A DNA stretch of 64,000 nucleotides from Bacteroidales bacterium (GCA_023251515.1 JAHEYQ010000017.1:274-64273), one strand, 5' to 3'. Positions 20,226 through 30,207 are shown, counted from the stretch's first letter. Notes: a model not told the origin generated them from the letters alone. Numbers and translations are program-made.

Positions 20226-21194
20226 TTGAAGACATACGAGGAAATTAAATCTATTGCAATGAATACCATTGCTAATGAGGCTGAATCTATTGTTAATCTA
20301 AAGAATTACATTAATGATGATTTTGCAAAAACTGTTGAATTAATTTATTATTCGCAAGGAAGGACAGTTATAACAGGTATTGGGAAAAGTGCAAATATTG
20401 GTTTGAAAATAGTTTCAACTTTAAATTCTACCGGAACACCGGCTATTTTTATGCATGCAGCCGATGCTATCCACGGAGATTTGGGGATAATTCAACCTGA
20501 TGATGTAGTTATTTGTATATCAAAAAGTGGAAATACTCCTGAAATAAAAGTTTTGGTCCCAATTCTAAAAGATATGGGAAATAAGCTGATAGCTTTGGTT
20601 GGAAATACAAGTTCTTATCTGGCCCTACAATCTGACTTTATTATCAATAGTAGTGTTGAAAAAGAAGCTTGTCCAAATAATTTGGCACCTACATCAAGCA
20701 CTACAGCTCAGTTGGTTATGGGTGATTCATTAGCGGTTGCCTTGCTCGAATGCCGTGGTTTTACTACTCAGGATTTTGCAAAATATCATCCCGGAGGCAG
20801 TCTGGGCAAACAATTGTATCTTAAGGTTTTCGATTTGGCAATTAACAATGAAGTTCCTAAAGTATCACCTGACGAAAGCATCAAAAATACCATAATGGAA
20901 ATAACATCTAAACGTCTGGGAGCTGTCGCTGTTGTTGAAAATGAATTAATTAAAGGAATCGTTACTGATGGAGATTTAAGACGAATGCTTCAAAAAGAAA
21001 ATTCAATAGATTTGCTTTTTGCAAAAGATATTATGTCGTTAAATCCGAAAACAATTTGTAAAGATGAACTTGCGATAAATGCTTTACAGATTATGAGACA
21101 AAATAATATTACACAACTGCTAGTGGTTGATGAAGATAACAAATATTTTGGAGTTATTCATTTGCATGATTTATTAAAAGAAGGGATAATTTAA
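20226..21194 (+). CDS. kdsD: KpsF/GutQ family arabinose-5-phosphate isomerase (SIS + 2 CBS)
   Basis: TGIGKSA, HGDLG, ISKSGNT, EACPNNLAPTSST, YHPGGSLG, TDGDLRR. Confidence 0.88.
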   Translation: MKTYEEIKSIAMNTIANEAESIVNLKNYINDDFAKTVELIYYSQGRTVITGIGKSANIGLKIVSTLNSTGTPAIFMHAADAIHGDLGIIQPDDVVICISKSGNTPEIKVLVPILKDMGNKLIALVGNTSSYLALQSDFIINSSVEKEACPNNLAPTSSTTAQLVMGDSLAVALLECRGFTTQDFAKYHPGGSLGKQLYLKVFDLAINNEVPKVSPDESIKNTIMEITSKRLGAVAVVENELIKGIVTDGDLRRMLQKENSIDLLFAKDIMSLNPKTICKDELAINALQIMRQNNITQLLVVDEDNKYFGVIHLHDLLKEGII

Positions 21195-21195
21195 T

Positions 21196-21552
21196 ATGGG
21201 TAAAACGCTTGATGATTTTAATAATTATCGTTTGAAAATGAATGAGAAAATATTGAACTCGAATGATAAAACGATAAAAAGGATATTCAATGCAGATACA
21301 AATGCTTATTTGCAAGGTGCTTTGGATGTTAAAACGAAAGAATTGATGGGATTATTGGCTTCATTGGTCTTGAGATGCGATGATTGTGTGCGATATCATT
21401 TAATTAAATGCTATGAAAATCAGGTTGGTACAGATGAATTGTTCGAAACATTCGGAATTGCTAATCTTGTTGGCGGAACAATATGTATTCCTCATACAAG
21501 ACGTGCGGTTGAATTTTGGGAAGAATTGATTTCCGAAAACAATAAAAATTAA
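21196..21552 (+). CDS. Carboxymuconolactone decarboxylase / AhpD-like protein
   Basis: GALDVKTKEL...LRCDDCVRYH (CxxC plus H). Confidence 0.8.
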   Translation: MGKTLDDFNNYRLKMNEKILNSNDKTIKRIFNADTNAYLQGALDVKTKELMGLLASLVLRCDDCVRYHLIKCYENQVGTDELFETFGIANLVGGTICIPHTRRAVEFWEELISENNKN

Positions 21553-21589
21553 ATATCAAAGTTACCTATTTTTAAAATAGTTTTAGAAA

Positions 21590-22315
21590 ATGATTTTAAG
21601 AACAGAAAATGTTATTAAAAAATATAAAAGCAGAACTGTAGTAAATGGAGTTTCTGTAAATGTTGAAAGAGGCGAGATTGTGGGTTTATTAGGCCCGAAT
21701 GGTGCCGGAAAAACTACAACTTTTTATATGATTGTAGGGCTGATAAAACCTCTTTCTGGTAAGGTTTTTCTCGATGATTTGGATATAACTGAAATGCCAA
21801 TGTACAAGCGTGCTCAGAATGGGGTTGGTTATCTGGCACAAGAAGCTTCAGTTTTTCGTCAATTGAGTGTGGAAGATAATATTAAAGCCGTTCTGGAGTT
21901 TACAAAATTATCAAAGGTTGAGCAACATGAAAAATTAGAGACTCTTCTGAATGAGTTTGGACTTCAACACATTAGAAAAAGCATGGGCATACAATTATCC
22001 GGTGGCGAAAGAAGAAGAACTGAAATTGCCAGAGCCTTGGCGGTTGATCCAAAATTTATACTTTTAGATGAGCCATTTGCAGGAGTAGATCCAATTGCTG
22101 TAGAAGATATTCAGGCTATTGTAAAAAAGCTTAAAGCAAAAAATATTGGTGTTCTTATTACCGATCACAATGTTCACGAAACGCTAACGATTACTGATAG
22201 AGCCTATTTGCTTTTTGAAGGCTCTATACTTAAATCGGGAACTGCCGAGGAACTTGCCGAAGATGAACATGTAAGAAAGGTATATCTGGGTAAAAACTTT
22301 GAACTAAGAAAATAG
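21590..22315 (+). CDS. lptB: LPS export ABC transporter ATPase
   Basis: [48 protein letters not shown]. Confidence 0.95.
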   Translation: MILRTENVIKKYKSRTVVNGVSVNVERGEIVGLLGPNGAGKTTTFYMIVGLIKPLSGKVFLDDLDITEMPMYKRAQNGVGYLAQEASVFRQLSVEDNIKAVLEFTKLSKVEQHEKLETLLNEFGLQHIRKSMGIQLSGGERRRTEIARALAVDPKFILLDEPFAGVDPIAVEDIQAIVKKLKAKNIGVLITDHNVHETLTITDRAYLLFEGSILKSGTAEELAEDEHVRKVYLGKNFELRK

Positions 22316-22318
22316 CTT

Positions 22319-22837
22319 CTAATCTTTGTCATACCAACTTGCATACATCGGATAAGCATTTGCTATCCGATTTATCTGTCCTTCAATCAGTGTTTTATCT
22401 AAATTCTTTATTTTTTTTGCAGGAATGCCTGCATATAAAGAACCTTCTTCTATTATGGTGTTTTCGAGTACAATAGCACCGGCAGCAATTATAGAGTTGC
22501 TGCCAATAATAACTCCGTCCATCACTATTGCGCCCATTCCGATTAAAACATTGTCATTGATGGTGCAACCGTGTATAATTGCTTTATGCGCAACTGACAC
22601 ATTGTTCCCAATATTTGTAGCTGCTTTCTGATAAGTACAATGCACAATAGCTCCATCCTGAATATTTACATTATTACCCATTCTGATGGTATGTACATCA
22701 CCTCTTACTACAGCATTAAACCAAATACTGCAATTATTTCCCGTAATTACATCACCTGTAATTGTTGCATTGTCTGCCAAAAAACAATTTTCTCCAAAAA
22801 TTGGTTTTACACCCTTAACTGATTTTATTAAAGCCAT
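22319..22837 (-). CDS. Gamma-carbonic anhydrase family hexapeptide-repeat protein
   Basis: VVRGDV, NIQDGAIVH, VAHKAIIHGC (three His ligands). Confidence 0.88.
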   Translation of the reverse strand: MALIKSVKGVKPIFGENCFLADNATITGDVITGNNCSIWFNAVVRGDVHTIRMGNNVNIQDGAIVHCTYQKAATNIGNNVSVAHKAIIHGCTINDNVLIGMGAIVMDGVIIGSNSIIAAGAIVLENTIIEEGSLYAGIPAKKIKNLDKTLIEGQINRIANAYPMYASWYDKD

Positions 22838-23487
22838 TATATTGTTGATTTTTTGTATTCTGATAATATTTCATTGGTTATAGCTTCAAAATGAAAACCT
22901 AGTTTTAGAAAATGCTCGATAAAACGAGGTAATGCATATAATACCCGTTCTGATGCTTTTAAATTGTCGTGAAAAACAATAATAGCTCCATCTGTTGTGT
23001 TTTCAATTACATTTTGCAAACAATTTTCTTTTGATAAACTGATATCAAAATCACCACTTAATACGGTCCAAAGGATTGTAAAGTAATCTTTTTTAACTTC
23101 ATTTATTTGATTAATATTTATTTTTCCGTAAGGAGGTCTGAATAAGGTTGAATTAATAAAGGTTTCAGCTTTTTTTATGTTTTCAATATATTCTTCGTTT
23201 TTGGTTTTCCATCCATTTAAATGATTAAATGTATGATTGCCAACAGAATGCCCTTTGGATAATATATCGTTGTATAAATCAGAATGTTTAAAAACATTTT
23301 CGCCGACACAGAAAAAAGTTGCTTTAATCTGATATGTGTCTAGAATTTCAAGAATCAAAGGAGTTAATTCAGGAATAGGACCATCATCAAAAGTTAGAAA
23401 TATTTGATTTTTTCCTTTCGGAAAATCCCAAATTACACTTTTGCCCGTGAGCTTTTTTATTAGATATGGTGTTTTTATTAAGTACAA
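22837..23487 (-). CDS. Polysaccharide deacetylase (CE4/NodB)
   Basis: LTFDDGP, GNHTFNH, FRPPYG, IVFHD. Confidence 0.9.
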   Translation of the reverse strand: MYLIKTPYLIKKLTGKSVIWDFPKGKNQIFLTFDDGPIPELTPLILEILDTYQIKATFFCVGENVFKHSDLYNDILSKGHSVGNHTFNHLNGWKTKNEEYIENIKKAETFINSTLFRPPYGKININQINEVKKDYFTILWTVLSGDFDISLSKENCLQNVIENTTDGAIIVFHDNLKASERVLYALPRFIEHFLKLGFHFEAITNEILSEYKKSTI

Positions 23488-23745
23488 AATCGTTTATTTT
23501 ATTGAATTGTAAAATTAATAAATCTATTGTGATTACAGAATATTTTTTTGAAACATAGTATATTTTTTTTGAGATTATAGTATAAATATAACATAATAAG
23601 GTAGATGTAAATTTATTTAATAATTTAAATAACAAGAGTCTAAAAATAAATTTCATAGATTAGATTAAAATGTATAATTTTGAACTGGGTTATTTTGAGA
23701 CATCAAAATAGAACCGCCCGTAAATAAATATTTTATAATTTTAAT

Positions 23746-25125
23746 ATGAATAGGATAAGAATATTAATATTGGATGATGATTCGGCAGTCAGAGAAGAGT
23801 TAGGCGAATTTTTAATTGAAAAAAAATTTGAAACACATACAGCCAGTCTTCCATCTGAAGCTATGGAGATACTGAAAGAGAAGGAGATAGATATCGCAAT
23901 TATTGATGTTAAACTTCCTGAAAAAGATGGTATTTCAGCATTAAAGGACATAAGAAAATTATATCCGGATCTTGAAGTAATTATGATTTCTGGTCATGGA
24001 GATATGGAAATGGTGATTTCTGCAATGCGTGCAGGTGCTAATGATTTCTTTTTGAAGCCTTTCCGGTCAATTGATGTTGAGAATGCTATTGAAAGAACCA
24101 AGCGTTTTTTAAGTATTTCCAAAGAACTAAAAGAGGTAAAATCTAATTATGATTTGATTACCAAAGAGTTAAAATCAAAATTCAGGTATGATTTTATTGC
24201 AGAAAGCAAAGCGATGAAGGATGTATTGAATATGGTTGCCAGAGTTGCAAAAGCAGATAAAACTACAGTTTTGATAACAGGTGAAAGTGGAACTGGTAAG
24301 GAAATGATTGCGAGTACAATCCATTATTTAAGTGCTAGGAAAAACTATTATTTTAATGCTGTTAATTGCTCTGCTATTCCTGATACTTTGTTTGAAAGTG
24401 AATTTTTTGGTCACAAGAAAGGAAGTTTTACTGATGCAGTAGAAAATAAATCGGGTTTGTTTGAGGTTACGAATAAAGGAACTCTTTTTCTGGATGAAAT
24501 TGGTGATTTAAAATATGAATTGCAAGGCAAATTTTTAAGGGTTCTTGAGGAAGGTAAAATATCAAAAATAGGCTCAAGTAAAGTGATTGATATTGATGTT
24601 AGAGTTGTAGCTGCAACAAACAGAGATTTAAGAAAGATGAGTGATGAAGATAAATTTCGTTTGGATTTGTTGCATCGATTGAACTCATTCGTAATCAATC
24701 TTCCTCCTTTGCGTGAAAGGAGGGAAGATATTCCTGCATTGATAGATTATTATCTGGAACAATTTGCAAAACAGTCGAATAAAAAAATAAGTGGCATAGA
24801 TATTAATACCGTTCAAATTTTAACTGATTATTCTTTCCCGGGGAATATAAGGGAGTTAAGAAATATGTTGGAACGTGCAGTAATTTTGTGTGATGATGAC
24901 AAACTCAAATTAAAACATTTTCAGTTTAATTATGGAAATAGCAGTCAATCAAATGTTTTTAGTAACAATGTTGTTTCAAATTTGAATTTGGCTGAAAATG
25001 AGAGAGAATTAATAAAATCGGCATTGCAACAAACTCAAAACAATAAAACACATGCAGCCAAACTTTTAGGTATTGATAGAAAAAGATTATTAAGAAAAAT
25101 AAATTATTACTCAATTAATAACTAA
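23746..25125 (+). CDS. Sigma54-dependent enhancer-binding response regulator (NtrC/AtoC family)
   Basis: REC (ILDDD...IIDVKLP), Walker A GESGTGKE, ESEFFGHKKGSFTDA loop, Walker B LFLDEIG, PGNIREL, Fis-type HTH. Confidence 0.93.
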   Translation: MNRIRILILDDDSAVREELGEFLIEKKFETHTASLPSEAMEILKEKEIDIAIIDVKLPEKDGISALKDIRKLYPDLEVIMISGHGDMEMVISAMRAGANDFFLKPFRSIDVENAIERTKRFLSISKELKEVKSNYDLITKELKSKFRYDFIAESKAMKDVLNMVARVAKADKTTVLITGESGTGKEMIASTIHYLSARKNYYFNAVNCSAIPDTLFESEFFGHKKGSFTDAVENKSGLFEVTNKGTLFLDEIGDLKYELQGKFLRVLEEGKISKIGSSKVIDIDVRVVAATNRDLRKMSDEDKFRLDLLHRLNSFVINLPPLRERREDIPALIDYYLEQFAKQSNKKISGIDINTVQILTDYSFPGNIRELRNMLERAVILCDDDKLKLKHFQFNYGNSSQSNVFSNNVVSNLNLAENERELIKSALQQTQNNKTHAAKLLGIDRKRLLRKINYYSINN

Positions 25126-25132
25126 TTGTTGC

Positions 25133-25244
25133 TGGGCTAAAATGACTTGGTGGTGTATTTTGGCTTATTTTATTTATTTTTGTAAAGATCATATAATCAG
25201 AAGTGTATGTTTATATAATATGAAAGTGGGGTTAAAATGGCTGG
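25133..25244 (+). promoter_or_regulatory. Candidate upstream activator sites for the sigma54 promoter
   Basis: TGGGCTAAAATGAC (25133), TGGTGTATTTTGGC (25151), GGGGTTAAAATGGC (25228), about 65-175 bp upstream of the -24 element. Confidence 0.5.
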
Positions 25245-25309
25245 TTTTTATTTAGTTTGTTTTTATTTCAATTGTTTTTAAATGTATGTAAAACAATGAG
25301 ATAAATTTT

Positions 25310-25325
25310 TGGCACGCAATTTGCA
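25310..25325 (+). promoter_or_regulatory. Sigma54 (-24/-12) promoter
   Basis: TGGCACG-CAAT-TTGCA fits consensus TGGCACG-N4-TTGCW with correct GG/GC spacing. Confidence 0.85.
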
Positions 25326-25335
25326 ATTACATATT

Positions 25336-25424
25336 TGCTTATTCAAAATAAGTTAATAATTTTATATTTTATCTTTTATCTTCGAGGGGTTGGGGGCTGT
25401 CTATTTAGACAGCCCTTTTTTTTT
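25336..25424 (+). ncRNA. Putative sigma54-dependent small RNA (~88 nt)
   Basis: Lies between the -24/-12 promoter (predicted +1 near 25336) and a GC-rich terminator. No ATG-initiated ORF. U-rich body and G-rich 3' segment. Confidence 0.62.
25394..25424 (+). terminator. Rho-independent terminator of the putative sRNA
   Basis: gggctgtct-attt-agacagccc followed by T9. Confidence 0.85.
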
Positions 25425-25428
25425 ATAA

Positions 25429-25464
25429 AAAAAAGGTGCTGATTAAGTCATCAGCACCTTTTTT
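25429..25464 (-). terminator. Terminator of the GSIII gene (second, separate hairpin)
   Basis: aaaaaaggtgctgat-taagtc-atcagcacctttttt, 14 bp past the GSIII stop. Confidence 0.85.
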
Positions 25465-25477
25465 ATTTATTTTAAGA

Positions 25478-27670
25478 TTAATTAATAAATAATAATTCCC
25501 TATATTTTGGCAAAGGCCATAGTTCATCATCTATCATTAACTCAAGACTATCGGTATGAAATCTGATTTGTTCAAAGAATGGTAAAATAAGATTGCAATA
25601 AGCTTTTGCCTTGTCGTGGCTATTTTCAAAACGGTTAGCATGTTTTCTGGCTTCAATCATTTCATTTACCAGCAATTTGATTTGAGTAATATGACCAGAA
25701 ATATCTTTGATATTTTGAATTTGGGTTTTTGCATTTTCCTCCCAAATATCATTAGGTAGAATACTTTGCAAACCTTTGACATTTTCTATCAGAATATTTT
25801 GATAACGGATTGCTACAGGTAAAATATGATTTATAGCTAAATCGCCAATAGTACGTGATTCTATTTGTATTTTCTTTGTATAATTTTCGAGTTTTATTTC
25901 CATTCTTGCCTCTAATTCTCTGTGAGACAAAACGCCTGCTTTTTCATACATATAAATAACGTCTATGTCGGCAAATGCTTTTAAAGCATCAGGTGTGGAT
26001 GAAATATTTGATAATCCCCGGCTTTTTGCTTTAAGAATCCAATCAGTACTATAATTATTCCCATCAAATCTTACTTTTCTTGTATCTGTTATATATTTTT
26101 TCAGAATTTTAGAAATAGCTTCGTCTTTAGTTAGTTTTTTAAAAATAAGTTTGGCTACATCATTTTTAAAACTTTCCAATTGGTTAGCAACCATTGTGAT
26201 AAGAGCAATCATGGGTGCTGCAGAGTTTGCAGATGAGCCAACTGCTCTGAATTCGAATTTATTACCAGTGAAAGCAAAAGGAGAAGTTCGATTTCTGTCT
26301 GTATTATCAAGTAGTATTTCAGGTATATGTGAAATGTCAAGACTTTGACGTTTTTTGTTTTTGGTACTGCCAACAATTGTATCTTTACTTTTTTCAATAG
26401 CATTTAAAATAGCTGTAAGTTGTTCTCCGATAAATACAGACATAATTGCGGGAGGAGCTTCGTTTCCACCAAGACGTAAATCGTTGCTTGCCGAAGCTAT
26501 TGATGCTCTTAGTAAATCATTTTTGTTGTTAACAGCTTGAATGATATTTAAGAAAAAAGTAAGGAATTTTAAATTTGATTCCGGAGTTTTGCCTGGTGTT
26601 AATAAGTTTTTTCCACTATCAGTCATTAATGAGAAATTATTATGTTTTCCAGAACCATTAATTCCCGAATATGGTTTTTCGTGAAGTAATACTCTGAAAT
26701 GATGACGTCTGGCAATTTTCCCCATAAGATCCATTAATAATACATTATGATCAATTGCAATGTTGATTTCCTCATAAAGCGGAGCGCATTCAAATTGATT
26801 AGGAGCTACTTCATTATGGCGTGTTCTTAATGGAATTCCCAACAGATAAGCCTGATATTCAAAATCTTTCATGAAGTTAATTACTCTTTCAGGAATACTT
26901 CCAAAATAATTATCTTCCAATTGTTGATCTTTAGCTGAAGCATGGCCAAATAATGTTCTTCCTGTTAGAGCCAGATCGGGACGTGCATTGTAAAGTGCTT
27001 CATCTACAAGAAAATATTCCTGTTCGATTCCTAATGTTGCTTTTACTCTTTTTACAGTAGGGTCAAAAATCTGAGCAACTTCCGTTGCTGTTTTGTCAAG
27101 ATAATGCAGAGCTTTTAACAGAGGGGCCTTATAATCAAGAGCTTCACCTGTATATGATACGAATATGGTTGGAATACATAATGTTTTTTCAATAATAAAT
27201 GCTGGAGAAGTTGGATCCCAAGCAGTGTAACCTCTTGCTTCAAAGGTATTTCTGATTCCACCATTTGGGAAGCTTGATGCATCTGGTTCCTGTTGTATCA
27301 GACTACTACCATCAAAAAACTCAACTGCTTTGCCTTTATCATCTATATTGAAAAACGAATCGTGTTTTTCAGCTGAACTCCCTGTAAGTGGTTGAAACCA
27401 ATGGGTATAGTGTGTTGCCCCTTTTGAAATTGCCCAGGTTTTCATTGCAGAAGCTATTTCATCAGCACTTGTTCTGTCAATTTTTTCTGAATTATTTATG
27501 GCATTTAATACTTTTTTGAAAGTGTCATTGCTCAAATATTGTTGCATACTTTCATTATTGAATGTCATTTCTCCAAAAATTGACGATACTTTTTCAAACG
27601 ATGGCAATATTACTGGATTTCCAGTTCTATTTGTCGAAATTTCTATTGCTCTGAATCTGTTATTCCCCAT
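25478..27670 (-). CDS. glnA: Glutamine synthetase type III
   Basis: THYTHWFQPLTG, QQEPDASSFP, HNEVAPNQFE, HEKPYSGINGSGKHNN, DRNRTSPFAFTGNKFEFRA. Start moved to MGNNRF (27670), with a TATATTTG -7 element at 27720-27727. Confidence 0.93.
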   Translation of the reverse strand: MGNNRFRAIEISTNRTGNPVILPSFEKVSSIFGEMTFNNESMQQYLSNDTFKKVLNAINNSEKIDRTSADEIASAMKTWAISKGATHYTHWFQPLTGSSAEKHDSFFNIDDKGKAVEFFDGSSLIQQEPDASSFPNGGIRNTFEARGYTAWDPTSPAFIIEKTLCIPTIFVSYTGEALDYKAPLLKALHYLDKTATEVAQIFDPTVKRVKATLGIEQEYFLVDEALYNARPDLALTGRTLFGHASAKDQQLEDNYFGSIPERVINFMKDFEYQAYLLGIPLRTRHNEVAPNQFECAPLYEEINIAIDHNVLLMDLMGKIARRHHFRVLLHEKPYSGINGSGKHNNFSLMTDSGKNLLTPGKTPESNLKFLTFFLNIIQAVNNKNDLLRASIASASNDLRLGGNEAPPAIMSVFIGEQLTAILNAIEKSKDTIVGSTKNKKRQSLDISHIPEILLDNTDRNRTSPFAFTGNKFEFRAVGSSANSAAPMIALITMVANQLESFKNDVAKLIFKKLTKDEAISKILKKYITDTRKVRFDGNNYSTDWILKAKSRGLSNISSTPDALKAFADIDVIYMYEKAGVLSHRELEARMEIKLENYTKKIQIESRTIGDLAINHILPVAIRYQNILIENVKGLQSILPNDIWEENAKTQIQNIKDISGHITQIKLLVNEMIEARKHANRFENSHDKAKAYCNLILPFFEQIRFHTDSLELMIDDELWPLPKYRELLFIN

Positions 27671-27948
27671 AAAACTATAAAATTTAATATATATTAACAA
27701 GTAAATAATAAATATGTTGCAAATATAATCTATTTATTTATTTTATTGTCAAAAAAATATAATTCAGATATAAATTTATCAAAAAAATAAATCTATTATT
27801 GATTTTTTCCAAAATCAGGATTATAAATCATAGTGCATTTATTTATAATTTTGATCTTTTTATTACTTATTTTTATACATAAATAAAGCCTGAAATGTTT
27901 AAAAATCAGGCTTTTGCTATAATAAAGTTTGTAATGTCTTGTGATATA

Positions 27949-30207
27949 TTATTTAATAATTATTTCGTCAGCAAAAATCCAGGTTTTTCCGCCAGCTCCC
28001 GGATGCCAATCGGGACAAACTCCCATGTTTTTTGCTACTATTTTAATGTATTGTGTTTTAATTATCATTGGCAAATCAATTTTATATCTTCTAACCAGCA
28101 TTTCAACATCTTTTGCAGATACCGGAGCGGTTAAAACTCCAATTGATCGAAATTCTATTCCATCTTTAGATATAAAATATTCAAGTTGAGGTGGGAAAAA
28201 TATCCATGAAGGTGTACTTTGCAAAAAGCCTGTAGAAATTGAAGAAAATTCAGTTTCACTTCCTAAATCAATAACTGCAATTAAGTCGTTTCCTTCAAAT
28301 CCTTGCCAGTTTCCGTCTCTGAAATTTGAAGTGCCCAATATACCATCGGTAAGTGTTGCATCTCCATTTGCCCGATAATTGGGGCTATAAGGATATTTAA
28401 ATCTGCAAACTTTTCCGGTACTTTTCGACATTTTGAATTCTCTTTCATAATAAAACTTATTGTCGTCGTTTCCATTGGCTAAAACTGCTATCTTTAGATT
28501 TAGCGAATCTTTAGCTGTTATTGCTTTGGTATATTTAATAGCTTTTCTGTCGGGGTTTGTACCATTGGTTGTATAATATATTTCGGTATCATCCTGTCCT
28601 TTTCCCAGATTTACTGTAATCATCTTTGTTGAAATATCAGAATTTGCATTAAGTATCAAAGGATCGCATTCGAAACCATAATTTACACCTAATGCCTTTA
28701 AGGTTTGATATTGTAATTGTACTTTTTTTCTGAATTCAGTAAAATTTCTATTTTTAGGATATGTCCATAAAACTTCACTCATTGCTAAAATTCTGGGAAA
28801 CATTCTGCCATCCACCTTTTCCTGTGGTGCTCTTTCCGACCATAAATTGCACTCGCCACCAAGTATGTGTTTTTTTTCATCCTCATTTAATTCAGCAGGA
28901 ATTGGATCGAAAGAGTAAACTTTTTCCAGATTTATATTTGAAATATCATAGTCGAAATAAGCATGACTGGTTGGAGAAACTATAGCATCATGTCCGGAAC
29001 GTGCGGCAGCAATAGCACCTTCCATCCCTCTCCACGACTGAACACTAGCACCTTTTGATAAACCACCTTCCAGAATTTCGTCCCAGCCAATAAGTTTTCG
29101 TCCGTTTTTCTGAAGATATTCGTCTATTTGACTAATTAACCATGTTTGAAGTTCATGTTCGTTTTTCAGATTATTGTTTTTCATCCTATTTTGACATTTT
29201 TCGCAATGTTCCCAGCGGAATTTAGGAGCTTCGTCGCCACCAATATGAATATAATCAGAAGGAAATAGCGAAATTACTTCTGACATAACATCTTTCAGAA
29301 ATGCTAATGTAGAATCATTTCCGGCACAATAAATATCTTTAAAAACGCCCCATTGAGTTTCTACTTCTATTTGTTTTCCGGTACATGATAAATAAGGATA
29401 AGATGCAATTGCAGCTACAGAATGTCCGGGAAGTTCAATTTCGGGAACTACATTTACAAATCGTTCTTTGGCATAAGCTACAATTTCGCGAATATCATCC
29501 TGAGTATAAAATCCACCATATCTACTTCCGTCCGATTCAGTTCTCCATGCTCCTGTTTCGGTTAGTTTTGGATACTTTTTAATTTCAACACGCCAACCCT
29601 GATCTTCAGTTAAATGCCAATGCAGAGTGTTCATTTTGTAATATGCCAGCAAATCAATATAGCGCTTTACAAATTCTTTATCCATAAAATGCCTGCCGCA
29701 ATCGAGCAGCATTCCACGCCAAGGAAAACGGGGGATATCAGTTATCTCGAGACATGGAATTCTAATTTCTTGTTCACTAAGCCCTTCTTTCGATTCAAAA
29801 TGGGCAGGAAATAACTGCCTTAATGTTTGAATTCCATAAAATAAACCATTTGGTTTATAGGCAACTATTTTAATAAATGTTTCATTTACATCAAGTTCAT
29901 AACCTTCTAATCCAAATACTGATTTATTATTATCTAATGATAAAATAATACCTTTTGTTTGATTAAACCCTGAGTTAATTACCCTAATATCTTTAATATT
30001 TGCTTTTTCTGATAATAAAATTTTTAAATAATCAGCAATTTTAGCTACAACAGAATCATTATCAGAAGTTATAATCTGAATTTTATCACTGAATCTATAA
30101 AAGCCTTTTTTTAATCCAACAGAAGTTGGTTGAGGTATAATTTTAATCTGAGCATACAAACCCATTGTAAACAATAATATTAATGCAATAAGTATAGTTT
30201 TTTTCAT
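27949..30207 (-). CDS. GH20 beta-N-acetylhexosaminidase with Fn3/chitobiase-type and discoidin-like C-terminal modules
   Basis: PRFPWRGMLLDCGRHF, HWHLTEDQGWR, HIGGDEA catalytic motif, GGECNLWSE. Confidence 0.92.
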   Translation of the reverse strand: MKKTILIALILLFTMGLYAQIKIIPQPTSVGLKKGFYRFSDKIQIITSDNDSVVAKIADYLKILLSEKANIKDIRVINSGFNQTKGIILSLDNNKSVFGLEGYELDVNETFIKIVAYKPNGLFYGIQTLRQLFPAHFESKEGLSEQEIRIPCLEITDIPRFPWRGMLLDCGRHFMDKEFVKRYIDLLAYYKMNTLHWHLTEDQGWRVEIKKYPKLTETGAWRTESDGSRYGGFYTQDDIREIVAYAKERFVNVVPEIELPGHSVAAIASYPYLSCTGKQIEVETQWGVFKDIYCAGNDSTLAFLKDVMSEVISLFPSDYIHIGGDEAPKFRWEHCEKCQNRMKNNNLKNEHELQTWLISQIDEYLQKNGRKLIGWDEILEGGLSKGASVQSWRGMEGAIAAARSGHDAIVSPTSHAYFDYDISNINLEKVYSFDPIPAELNEDEKKHILGGECNLWSERAPQEKVDGRMFPRILAMSEVLWTYPKNRNFTEFRKKVQLQYQTLKALGVNYGFECDPLILNANSDISTKMITVNLGKGQDDTEIYYTTNGTNPDRKAIKYTKAITAKDSLNLKIAVLANGNDDNKFYYEREFKMSKSTGKVCRFKYPYSPNYRANGDATLTDGILGTSNFRDGNWQGFEGNDLIAVIDLGSETEFSSISTGFLQSTPSWIFFPPQLEYFISKDGIEFRSIGVLTAPVSAKDVEMLVRRYKIDLPMIIKTQYIKIVAKNMGVCPDWHPGAGGKTWIFADEIIIK

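Noticed and set aside
25335-25442. 35-codon TTG ORF (LLIQNKLIILYFIFYLRGVGG...) over the putative sRNA
   Set aside because: It starts at the predicted +1 and runs through the terminator, so it could not be fully transcribed. Ribosome profiling would be needed to exclude it completely.
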